Shown here: positions 17,044-25,655 of the stretch, piece by piece
Numbering within the stretch: position 1 is the stretch's first letter
Layout: each line of letters opens with the position of its first letter
Origin: a virus
Taxonomy: Duplodnaviria > Caudoviricetes
DNA length: 27,414 nt
Reading direction: 5' to 3' (one strand)
IMG/VR virus record: IMGVR_UViG_3300048854_000035
Span: 1 to 27,414 of that record
The notes under the pieces: generated by a model
The model's database searches: none
What the model was told of the DNA's origin: nothing
Seen by the model: the letters and a program-made list of their open reading frames with translations, nothing else
Made by a program: the position numbers and the translations under genes

Positions 17044-17567
17044 TGACACGCTTTCAGACGCCAAACAAGCCGCACATTCGTAACATGGATGACAAATTGG
17101 CGAATGCACTCGACTCCCATGAGTCAGCAATCAATGCCATCTCAGATCAGTTGAATGCAGACCCTACCGGTGCCCAGCAAGCCTCACCGGCGACAATCAG
17201 CAGAATGTCCGTCACAGAGGCAGATGGGTTTCACGACATTCAGATCACAGACAATGCTCCCGCTTATCGAGGGATCAATTATTTCGCGTACTACTCGCGC
17301 ACGGCTGACTTTCAGAATGCTCACAAGATAGACATGGGCGCCTCGCAGAATCACAGGGTTTACTTAGGTGCAGGGCCTTATTACTGGAAGGCTGACCATG
17401 CTTATCCTGGCTCTCCACCGTCCACGGCGGTCTATCACGGTGGTTCTACCCCTCAACCTGTTGGTTCAGGGACGCATGTAGGACCGGCCATGCAGTCGAC
17501 GCAGGGAACGGCGGCCTTCGGAGCTACGACATACCGCAACTCAAATACGCCTCCGATAAGAAAATGA
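17043..17567 (+). CDS. Virion protein at the tail-needle position (short coiled coil plus FN3-like beta domain)
   Basis: TAATG coupling; LANALDSHESAINAISDQL heptads; YFAYYSRTADFQNA...YYWKA pattern. Confidence 0.55.
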   Translation: MTRFQTPNKPHIRNMDDKLANALDSHESAINAISDQLNADPTGAQQASPATISRMSVTEADGFHDIQITDNAPAYRGINYFAYYSRTADFQNAHKIDMGASQNHRVYLGAGPYYWKADHAYPGSPPSTAVYHGGSTPQPVGSGTHVGPAMQSTQGTAAFGATTYRNSNTPPIRK

Positions 17568-17956
17568 TCCGCGATTTCAAGCCTGAAGACGAGGCCGTTC
17601 TTAGAGCGATCCATGAGGCTCAGGGATTCGATTATGTCTTTCCCGATTTGAATCACCCTCAGTTTGTAGGGATGCTGGTCGCGGTGGATGAAAACGACGT
17701 TCCGGTACAGGCGGTACTCGCTCGGAAGACGGTTGAGGTGTATTTCCTCGGTCGCACGGACTGGAGAACACCTGCGTGGAGGATGGAGGCTTTGACCAAG
17801 CTTCATCTCGCGATGCACGGAAAGCTATTGGCTCAGGGATATACAGATGCCCATGCTTGGCTACCGCCTGAGGTGGCTAGGACATTCGGTAGACGGTTGA
17901 AGAAAGTGTTCGGCTGGGTGCAATCTCGCTGGACTTGTTTCGCGAAAGAACTTTAG
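17564..17956 (+). CDS. GNAT-fold-like virion assembly protein (P22 gp14 / T7 gp13 position)
   Basis: MIRDFKPEDEAVL start typical of GNAT folds; 130 aa; ends RLKKVFGW; directly before the ejection genes. Confidence 0.6.
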   Translation: MIRDFKPEDEAVLRAIHEAQGFDYVFPDLNHPQFVGMLVAVDENDVPVQAVLARKTVEVYFLGRTDWRTPAWRMEALTKLHLAMHGKLLAQGYTDAHAWLPPEVARTFGRRLKKVFGWVQSRWTCFAKEL

Positions 17957-17966
17957 GGGGTCGGCC

Positions 17967-18527
17967 TTGGCACGAGACACAAGCGCAGCAGCAGGAACGA
18001 ATTCGAAGTCGGCACAAGGTCTGGCCAGTACCTATGGAGATCGTGCGTCTACTGGCTACAACATACTGACGCCGACCCTGAATCGCATGGCGACGAATCC
18101 TCAAGGGTTCAGCCCTCAGACTTTGGGCGACATGACCACTTCGGCCAAGCAGTCCATCGGAGGCGCGACAGGGGCGATCGTAGGGCAGGGGAACCTTGCC
18201 GCGGCTCGCACGAATAACGCTGGTGCCTATGCCCCGGTGGCTACTCAAGCCGCGCATGACGCGACAGCCGCCCTCTCCGATGCCTCTCTCGGAATCCAAA
18301 ACAAGAACGCCATGCTGAAGGAACAGCAGCGCGGCGAAGGCCTTAGCGGGCTCGAAGGATTGTATGGAGAGAACGTCGGTGCTGGTGAAGGCGCCCTCGG
18401 ACTCTCGAATCAGGCACTTCAGACACAGAGCGCGGCGCAGAGGCAGGGATGGTTGCAGAACACTCTGGGAGTGATCAGCGCAATCAGTCCGACCGGAAGC
18501 TATAAGGGGGTGAGCTACGGTGGCTAA
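17967..18527 (+). CDS. DNA ejection protein 1 (P22 gp7-like position)
   Basis: TTG start after AGGGGG; A/G/Q/S-rich helical low-complexity protein; synteny. Confidence 0.65.
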   Translation: MARDTSAAAGTNSKSAQGLASTYGDRASTGYNILTPTLNRMATNPQGFSPQTLGDMTTSAKQSIGGATGAIVGQGNLAAARTNNAGAYAPVATQAAHDATAALSDASLGIQNKNAMLKEQQRGEGLSGLEGLYGENVGAGEGALGLSNQALQTQSAAQRQGWLQNTLGVISAISPTGSYKGVSYGG

Positions 18528-20004
18528 TCCTCTCATCCGCGATTACAAAGATCTTCAGAGGTTGCCGATTCCGGAGGCAATTGCGGGAATGCCGGTTGTG
18601 CCTCCTCAGCCTATTGCTGCTCCGGTCCTACCTAATGCGGCTGGGCCGATAGTCACGCAGACACCACCGGATCCAATGGTGGCGAACACGCGCAACGCCA
18701 TCATTGGCCATCAGGACGAACTTCAGCGGTTGAACGATAGCGGGTCGGGAATCTCCCAGATCCACAATCCGTTCCTGCGTGGCTTGGCGCGTGTTGGGAA
18801 CGTGGCTGAGTCCATCATTGCTCCTCGGGCTGCGGCTTTCACGCCAGGCACAGAGGAGAACCACCAGCGACTATTAGGGCAGGAGCAGGGATACCTCGGG
18901 AAGGAGCTTGGTAACGAGTACAAACAGGCCCAGACCGGCCAAGAAGAAGCCCTAACCGATTACACGAAAGCGCGCCCTGAGATTGAGCAGTCAAAGATCG
19001 AACAGCGCCAACTGGCGGTAAGGGATCGGGTGGCACAGGCAGCTGCATCCAGAGGGCAGCTTGTCACGTGGGATAACGAAGGCGTTCCGGCCTTTTCTGA
19101 CGATCACGAGTCTCAGGCCTTCAAGGATCACCAGGCTCTTTCTGCCATGCATCAGGCGACCGCGGACAAGTCGGCTGTCATGGCTGATATCCAGAAGAAC
19201 CACTACATCCCAGGCACGCCGGAATGGACTGAAGCGCAGAAGAAGCTGCAGCAGGTCGATCAGCGCTTGAAGGTGGCGATGGGTAGTCTCGGGCTGCGCG
19301 CTCAGGGCCTCGAACTTCGCCGCAACGATCAGAACGCCAACTTCTATGGCATGGGCCCGGACGGCAATCCTCTTCCCAACGCTCCTCAGTTTCAGGATGA
19401 TGAGGGCAACGTCACGACTGGCGGCCTCAAGGGTGCCAAGACAGCCATCACGCAGCAGAGCAATGTTGGGCAGTTCAAAGACTTGGCCGGATCAATCAAG
19501 CGTACTGGCGATTACCTGGACGCTCTCCATAAGAGTGGGGCTTCATTAAATGATGTGCGCGTAATCGACGCGCTGCATGGCGCTGAAGGCGGAGTATTAA
19601 GTACTGCACTCCGATCCAAGCTCGTAAAGTCAGGGCTTTCAACGGAACAGGTCAACGCAATTGCTGGACTGGCATCATTCCGTGAACAACTAGGGACTTT
19701 GCGCGCTGCGGCTAAGGGAACATCTGCTGAAGCTCAGACGCAAAGAATGTTGGAAGCGGCACCAACTGCGGGAGATACACCTGAATTGGCAAATCGAAAG
19801 ATGATCGAACTTCAGGCTACTTACGACAGACTCGCACCAAGCATTTCGACTATTGGCGGTGGCATGTCTCTAGGCGGAAGAGGCGGTCGTCATGCTGGAG
19901 GAAGTGGCACCGTCATGATGCAGGCCCCGGATGGTTCTAAGCAGCCTGTTCCTTCCGATCAAGTCGATCACTATAAGAAGCTCGGCGCGAAGGTGGTGCA
20001 GTAA
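18520..20004 (+). CDS. DNA ejection protein 2 (P22 gp20-like position)
   Basis: 494 aa, Q/A-rich helical; ends VMMQAPDGSKQPVPSDQVDHYKKLGAKVV; synteny. Confidence 0.65.
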   Translation: MANPLIRDYKDLQRLPIPEAIAGMPVVPPQPIAAPVLPNAAGPIVTQTPPDPMVANTRNAIIGHQDELQRLNDSGSGISQIHNPFLRGLARVGNVAESIIAPRAAAFTPGTEENHQRLLGQEQGYLGKELGNEYKQAQTGQEEALTDYTKARPEIEQSKIEQRQLAVRDRVAQAAASRGQLVTWDNEGVPAFSDDHESQAFKDHQALSAMHQATADKSAVMADIQKNHYIPGTPEWTEAQKKLQQVDQRLKVAMGSLGLRAQGLELRRNDQNANFYGMGPDGNPLPNAPQFQDDEGNVTTGGLKGAKTAITQQSNVGQFKDLAGSIKRTGDYLDALHKSGASLNDVRVIDALHGAEGGVLSTALRSKLVKSGLSTEQVNAIAGLASFREQLGTLRAAAKGTSAEAQTQRMLEAAPTAGDTPELANRKMIELQATYDRLAPSISTIGGGMSLGGRGGRHAGGSGTVMMQAPDGSKQPVPSDQVDHYKKLGAKVVQ

Positions 20005-21272
20005 TGGCTGATTGGTTTCAGCAGAACGCGCCAAAGGGAGGGAGCTGGTTTCAGCAGAACTCCCCGTCTGCGAATAAACCTGCGGGACTACCTGAAGGCG
20101 TAGATCTACCTTCAGTCAGCGCGCATCCGGCAGTCGACTTGAAGGAGCCCGCTCCTACTTTTGCGGATAACGTTGGCGGAAGAATCAAAAGCAACGCTGC
20201 GGGCCTAGTACGTCCAATTCTTCACCCAAGCACGATCCTTTCCGAGGCAGGGTGGGTCGATCCTTCGAAGACTCCCGACCTCATCTCAGATATTCGAGAG
20301 AATCCGAACAGCAAAGGTGTGGCCAATGCGGTAGGAGACACGCTCACGGCGGCAGCGATCGGTGGAGCTGCGCATCTTGCTCCTACGATTGCAGAACCGG
20401 TAGGCGGAAGGCTGAAGACGACCGCAGGCAAGATCATCGACAATACCGTCGGTCTTCGGGCGAAAGACGTTTCTCATGGAGCGATGCCGGGGAGAGCCTA
20501 CCTTGAAGGTGGTGGCGGACCCGCTCTGTCGCTGGAAAGCCTTGGTGAGAAGGCATCTAACATCAAGGAAAAGACCGGCACGCAGCTACGGTCGGCCTAT
20601 GACGACGCTGGTGCGCGAGGGGTTCGCATCCCAGCTTCGAACGTATTCGACGCAGTAGCAGAGCCGATAGGGAAACTTCGAAGCTTGCAGGATAGCGCAG
20701 GCGGGACAGGCGTTTCGGCTTCAATCCCCGCCTACGAAGATCGGCTACTCAATCCCATTGTTGCGGCAGAAGGTCGCGGCGGCTTCACTCCCTCAGAACT
20801 CTTTGATGAGATGAAGCAGCCCATCTCGAAGAACACTCGCTGGAATGATCCAACGATGTTCGATCTCAATAAGGTTCGGCAGCAGACGGTTGGAGGGATC
20901 GGCGGTCTACTCACGGATGCTGTCCCCGAAACTGCGAAGCTAAACAAGATCTATCAGGGAACAGGTCGCTTAGCAGACCGCGCAACGATGCGATCGGATA
21001 CGGGACAAAGTCCACTATCCGAACTGGGCAGAAAAGGCGCGGAGGGAGCGGCCGGGATAATTCTCGGCGAAGCAACTAAGCATCCGCTGCTTGGTGCGAT
21101 TCCTCTACTGGCTGATTCTGTGCCAGTGAGAACGACTTTGGCGACGGGAATGTACGGTGCAGGGGGGTTACTTCCTGGTCTTGCTAGAGGTGCGGGGAGG
21201 ATCGTCCCAATCACCCGTATAACGGGGTCCTCTAGGCCAAAACCAAGCCCAAAGGACGACGAGGACCGCTAG
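20004..21272 (+). CDS. DNA ejection protein 3 (P22 gp16-like position)
   Basis: TAATG coupling; N-terminal WFQQN repeat; Gly/Ala-rich amphipathic segments; last gene before a terminator. Confidence 0.65.
   Translation: MADWFQQNAPKGGSWFQQNSPSANKPAGLPEGVDLPSVSAHPAVDLKEPAPTFADNVGGRIKSNAAGLVRPILHPSTILSEAGWVDPSKTPDLISDIRENPNSKGVANAVGDTLTAAAIGGAAHLAPTIAEPVGGRLKTTAGKIIDNTVGLRAKDVSHGAMPGRAYLEGGGGPALSLESLGEKASNIKEKTGTQLRSAYDDAGARGVRIPASNVFDAVAEPIGKLRSLQDSAGGTGVSASIPAYEDRLLNPIVAAEGRGGFTPSELFDEMKQPISKNTRWNDPTMFDLNKVRQQTVGGIGGLLTDAVPETAKLNKIYQGTGRLADRATMRSDTGQSPLSELGRKGAEGAAGIILGEATKHPLLGAIPLLADSVPVRTTLATGMYGAGGLLPGLARGAGRIVPITRITGSSRPKPSPKDDEDR
20013..20060 (+). repeat. 15-bp direct repeat TGGTTTCAGCAGAAC x2 (encodes WFQQN)
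   Basis: Exact copies at 20013-20027 and 20046-20060. Confidence 0.85.
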
Positions 21273-21293
21273 AACTACTGCCTCAATAACCAC
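21168..21293 (-). CDS. 41-aa single-TM peptide, antisense (superinfection-exclusion candidate; not in ORF track)
   Basis: GTG at 21293 with GGAG 7 nt upstream; MVIEAVVLAVLVVLWAWFWPRGPRYTGDWDDPPRTSSKTRK*; TAAAAT -10-like hexamer upstream on the minus strand. Confidence 0.5.
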   Translation of the reverse strand: MVIEAVVLAVLVVLWAWFWPRGPRYTGDWDDPPRTSSKTRK

Positions 21294-21325
21294 AAGCTAT
21301 CTCCGCCTCAAATTTTACACCCACA

Positions 21326-21347
21326 CCGCCCGCTGAGGCGGCTTTTT
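21326..21347 (+). terminator. Intrinsic terminator between the ejection and fibre genes
   Basis: CCGCC-CGCTGA-GGCGG followed by CTTTTT. An alternative 8-bp pairing CCGCCTCA (21303-21310) / TGAGGCGG (21334-21341) also exists. Confidence 0.65.
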
Positions 21348-21365
21348 AGTGCCCAGGAGAACCGA

Positions 21366-24059
21366 ATGAAGCGTTTGTTGATCGTGTTGCTGTGTCTGTC
21401 GGGGGTTTGTCTCGGCCAAGGAGCTCGTCTGGATTCCCACGTCACGACCTCGTCAACAGATGTCCCTTGGGGGGCTTCGGCGCCGCTCTATACCGTTCCG
21501 TATTCGATGATCACCATCTGCGCATACCCCAATAACGGTGAGCCATGCACCAATACCGTTCCAATCTTCCAAGATCCGGCACTGACGATTCCTCAGGCAA
21601 ATCCGATCGAGTCCGACAATCAAGGACGGTTCGGGTTTTGGGTCACTCCGGGCCAGTACAGCTATTCGATCGTATCGCCGACCGGAAAGTACATGGGGAC
21701 CTTCATCACCACGATCGCAGGCGGTGGCGGTGGTGGCGGTGGAAACGTTGTCGGGCAACTGAACCGGGTAGGATCATTTTCTGATCCCAAGACAACCAAG
21801 CCTACGAACGCGACCGTAGACAACACTAATAATCAGTTCACCTTCCCTGCGCTGACGGCTGGAAACGGTACGAATCAGCCATTTACTTTCAACCAGGTTT
21901 GTTCCAACCCGACACAGATTGCACCCAACACGAATGCTCGTTTCATTTGCAACCTGTGGACCGGAACGGCCAATCAGAACGTGAACGTTGGCCAGGCTCC
22001 CGTCGGATACTACTACGCTCAGAACAATTACAACATCGTCGGGCGCGGTCATAACCCTGGAACCAACGGGTCAATCAACTCCTTTCAAGAGCACACTGGC
22101 GGCGGCCCTTACTACAACTTCCAGACCTTTCAGCGCGGCAACCATGCAGGCATGAATCTGAACATGTTCTGCATCGGAGGAGGCGACTGCCAATCGGCAA
22201 ACATCAACGTCGCCGGTGCCTGTAACGCCAGTTCTGGAGCTGACGAAGGCTGCGCAGGAATTCGAGAAGAGATTCAACAATTCGGACCACTTGCCGGAAC
22301 GATTCAGTCGGGAGGAACTCTAGGCTCGACCCAAATCAACACCAACATCAACGGGTACTTTTCCGATCAGGGTTACGTTTACGACAGTAGCTCCATCGTG
22401 GGAACGGCTACGATCAATTCGACTCCAATAAACCACAATGAGATCAATGCTCTAGAGCAGACGATCAGCGGATTTACGTTAGTTCCGTCTACGGCTTGGG
22501 GCAAGATGCAGCCGGCCTCTGTCAGTTATCCCGGAAACCCCGTTGTCGGCATGTATCAGAACTACGTGACCGTTACGGCCAACATCCTTCTGGGAACATC
22601 TCCGGCCAGCCCTGGACCCTTTACGGTGGGCGCTATGACTTGCGCTGGCCATCAGATCGAATACATGCAGATCACGGCGGTAGGAGCTCCCTCTGGCGGA
22701 CTTCAATCCGTGACTTTCCGATCTCGTAATGCATGGGACGCTACACAAGGAAACTCCAACCCGGCAGCCTGCTTTCAAGGCGGAAATATGGATGGGAAGG
22801 CGTTTATTGGAACTGCAGTCGCGGCCTCGAATCCTGCTCTGTATCCCATCCTCGGAGCCTTAGACGCGACAACGATGGTTTTCGCGAACTGCGTTACGGG
22901 GAACTGCAACGGCAACCTTACCGGAAACCTTCTGCCCTATAACTCTGGAATTACGATCGTTCCCTACGCAGAGATTATTGGAACTGCAAACGGGTCTCTT
23001 GGCGTGGCTGAGCTCGGATACAACAACGTCAACTGGGCCAACGGTCATACCGTCTGGGAAGCGAGCCCTGTTCAAGGTGTAATCAGCGGCGGTCATATCA
23101 ATGTGCGTCAAATCTCCCGGTTGGTGGCGAACTCTCAAGGATTGAACGGGATTATTCAGCAGGGATCTGAAGGTCTGACGGTTGGCGATCTAGGATTCAA
23201 CCCGATTGCTGTTGGTTATCGTCTCTTCAATGCTCGGCAAACAGGAAATGCTCCCGTAGACCTGCCGTTGGCAGCCTTCGGAATCCAAGGAATTTGGCAG
23301 AATGGCATGGTCTACCAGACCACGCCACCCAGCGGCGGCGCAATGCTGGCTGCAATTGGAGCCAACGGGGAAGGTTCATCTTTTACCGGCTCCATAAGCG
23401 GCGGGATTCTCACCGTTACCTCCATGACGAGCGGGTCGATCATCCAAGGGCAGGAATTGCTCGGGGCCGGCGTCCCCAGTCCGTGCGAAGTCTTCCAGAT
23501 GGTTCCCAACTCGGGAACGCTAGGAGGCGTTGCCCAGTATCAGATTTCAAACTGCGGAAACCCTACGGTAGCCGCTGGGCCTATGACCACGGTCAAGGGC
23601 GACTTCTACGTCTTCAATGTCGGCGTCTTCGGTGGAGAATCCAATACCTCCTACAAGTACAACGCAACGACTCACGCGGCCACTCTGAACGTTGCCAACA
23701 GCACTGGGCCGCTCTCTATTGTCTCGACTACGGTGAGCATGAACGCTTCGAAGGCGCTGAGTTACGGGTCTACGATAGCGGCTAATACCGACTCAGCCAT
23801 TCAGGTTGCGCTTACGGGCGGGTCGTTCACTTACACGACGGTCAGCCTCTACCTCAATCATCCGATTTGCGGTGACCCCAGTTACCTCGGCAGCGCGGCC
23901 GGATCCACGACTACCGGCAAGTTCGGGCTCAACTGGGTTGGAGCGAATGGTGGAACGAACACCACGCCAAACACTACGCCAGGAGCTTGGACGCTGACCG
24001 GAACGGCTACAGCGGGAGCCAATGCGACCGTAAACCTAACATGCATTGTTCGTCCCTAA
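21366..24059 (+). CDS. Tail spike/fibre-like protein, 897 aa, with Sec signal peptide
   Basis: AGGAG SD; MKRLLIVLLCLSGVCLG|Q; head-binding-like IFQDPALTIPQANPIESDNQGRFGFW...GQYSYSI; Gly8 hinge; FTGSISGGILTVTSMTSG module; 16 Cys after the signal. Confidence 0.8.
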   Translation: MKRLLIVLLCLSGVCLGQGARLDSHVTTSSTDVPWGASAPLYTVPYSMITICAYPNNGEPCTNTVPIFQDPALTIPQANPIESDNQGRFGFWVTPGQYSYSIVSPTGKYMGTFITTIAGGGGGGGGNVVGQLNRVGSFSDPKTTKPTNATVDNTNNQFTFPALTAGNGTNQPFTFNQVCSNPTQIAPNTNARFICNLWTGTANQNVNVGQAPVGYYYAQNNYNIVGRGHNPGTNGSINSFQEHTGGGPYYNFQTFQRGNHAGMNLNMFCIGGGDCQSANINVAGACNASSGADEGCAGIREEIQQFGPLAGTIQSGGTLGSTQINTNINGYFSDQGYVYDSSSIVGTATINSTPINHNEINALEQTISGFTLVPSTAWGKMQPASVSYPGNPVVGMYQNYVTVTANILLGTSPASPGPFTVGAMTCAGHQIEYMQITAVGAPSGGLQSVTFRSRNAWDATQGNSNPAACFQGGNMDGKAFIGTAVAASNPALYPILGALDATTMVFANCVTGNCNGNLTGNLLPYNSGITIVPYAEIIGTANGSLGVAELGYNNVNWANGHTVWEASPVQGVISGGHINVRQISRLVANSQGLNGIIQQGSEGLTVGDLGFNPIAVGYRLFNARQTGNAPVDLPLAAFGIQGIWQNGMVYQTTPPSGGAMLAAIGANGEGSSFTGSISGGILTVTSMTSGSIIQGQELLGAGVPSPCEVFQMVPNSGTLGGVAQYQISNCGNPTVAAGPMTTVKGDFYVFNVGVFGGESNTSYKYNATTHAATLNVANSTGPLSIVSTTVSMNASKALSYGSTIAANTDSAIQVALTGGSFTYTTVSLYLNHPICGDPSYLGSAAGSTTTGKFGLNWVGANGGTNTTPNTTPGAWTLTGTATAGANATVNLTCIVRP

Positions 24060-24068
24060 GGAGGTTGT

Positions 24069-25655
24069 ATGAAATTGTTCAGGGCTCTGGTGCTTTTATG
24101 TATCTCCGGTACGGCAGCCGCTCAAGGGACGTGGTTTGACAGCAACGTCTTCACCTCCTCAAGCAGCGTCCCTCCCGGGGCAAATTCTGTCGTTTATACG
24201 GTTCCATTCGCAAAGATCAAGGTCTGCGCCTATCCCGCGGTAGGGTCGCCCTGTACGAACGTGGTCAACGTCTACTCTGACCCCGGGCTGACTCAGCCGA
24301 TCACGCAGCCGATTACCGCTGACGTTCACGGTAGATTCGGGTTCTGGGGCGGACCGGGAATGTATAGCTATTCGATCACCAACCCCGGAGTGCTGGGAAC
24401 TTTCAACATATCGCTTGCCGGGCCTGGCGGCGGTCAGGCGACGTTTCCCTCTGATCCCGGCTTCGTCTATGCCCTCAGCGTGTCCAGCGCACGCAAGGCG
24501 ACCGTAGCCGACTTCTTTGCGCAGTTTACGGGAGACTGCTCGGGTACGGCTGTACCTCAGGCAAACGGCCAGTGTGGCTCTCCCGGTGGCGGGTCTGTCT
24601 CGATGTTCTCGTCTCCTGCCGGAGGGTGGCCCACATGGTTGGTGCCTTCTGTGGCTACGGGAAACTCTACGCCGGTGCTGTCGGTGGCTGCTGGGCCTAT
24701 TCCTAACGCCGCTCTCGCCAACTCAAGCGTAACCATCAACGGAACGCCATGCGCCCTGGGTACGGGAGGGTGCACGGTGCCTTTGACGGGGGTGTCGAGC
24801 ATCAACGGAGTTTCGGGAGCCTACACTTTTACCGGATCGGTAAGCTGCGCTTCGGGGACTTGCAACTTTACCGGAGGCGGCGGTGGGATGGTCTACCCCG
24901 GAGCCGGGATTGCAGTATCGAACGGATCCGCATGGGTGACATCGAAGGCGACTCCAACAGGGGTGATTGTTGGCGATACGGACACGCAGACGCTTACCAA
25001 CAAGTCCCTAACCTCTCCGACTATGACCGGGACTCCTACAGCCCCTACAGCGACCGTGGGAACCAACACGACACAGGTAGCGACGACAGCTTTTGTGCTG
25101 GCCAACGGAGGTAGCTATACCTTGCCGCAAGCTACCACCTCAGTTCTCGGAGGCGTAAAGCCCGATGGAACGACTTGCACAACGTCATCAGGAATTCTGA
25201 CTTGCCCAGGAACCGGGGGGATTTCGGGACTGACGACCGGAAAGATTCCAGTAGCCACCAGTTCTTCAGCTATCGGTAATAGCCCTCTGGACACGACAAC
25301 GAACGCCGGCGCGGTCACATCCTCGCAAGACTTCTACGCTCCTGCTCTTCACTCAACGGACGCATCGGGCGCTGGGTTTGGATGGAGCGGAACTGAAGGC
25401 ACGGCTCCTTCAGGGGTATCTGGGGTGGATGGATTCTGGGCTGACTCGACGGCTCATCGCTGGTCGATGAACAACAACAATACCGGCGCGGTGAAAGTGG
25501 TCGGTGCGGGGACCGCTGGGACTTCAGGCCATATCCCAGTTTTCTCCTCGAATGGCATCGACATTCAGGACAGCGGAGCGGCCGGGTTTACCGGTTCGTG
25601 CGCACCTACAACAACTCTCACGGTCGTGAACGGAATCATTACGGGGTGCAGCTAA
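24069..25655 (+). CDS. Tail fibre-like protein, 528 aa, with Sec signal peptide
   Basis: AAGGAGGT SD; MKLFRALVLLCISGTAAA|Q; same N-domain as 21366; fibre repeats DTQTLTNKSL, SPTMTGTPTAPT...TNTTQVATTAFV, YTLPQATTSVLGGVK; 12 Cys after the signal. Confidence 0.82.
   Translation: MKLFRALVLLCISGTAAAQGTWFDSNVFTSSSSVPPGANSVVYTVPFAKIKVCAYPAVGSPCTNVVNVYSDPGLTQPITQPITADVHGRFGFWGGPGMYSYSITNPGVLGTFNISLAGPGGGQATFPSDPGFVYALSVSSARKATVADFFAQFTGDCSGTAVPQANGQCGSPGGGSVSMFSSPAGGWPTWLVPSVATGNSTPVLSVAAGPIPNAALANSSVTINGTPCALGTGGCTVPLTGVSSINGVSGAYTFTGSVSCASGTCNFTGGGGGMVYPGAGIAVSNGSAWVTSKATPTGVIVGDTDTQTLTNKSLTSPTMTGTPTAPTATVGTNTTQVATTAFVLANGGSYTLPQATTSVLGGVKPDGTTCTTSSGILTCPGTGGISGLTTGKIPVATSSSAIGNSPLDTTTNAGAVTSSQDFYAPALHSTDASGAGFGWSGTEGTAPSGVSGVDGFWADSTAHRWSMNNNNTGAVKVVGAGTAGTSGHIPVFSSNGIDIQDSGAAGFTGSCAPTTTLTVVNGIITGCS

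Noticed and set aside
21366-24125. Lipoprotein (SPII) reading of cysteines in the signal peptides
   Set aside because: VLLC, SGVC and ILAMC do not fit the [LVI][ASTVI][GAS]C lipobox; SPI sites follow.
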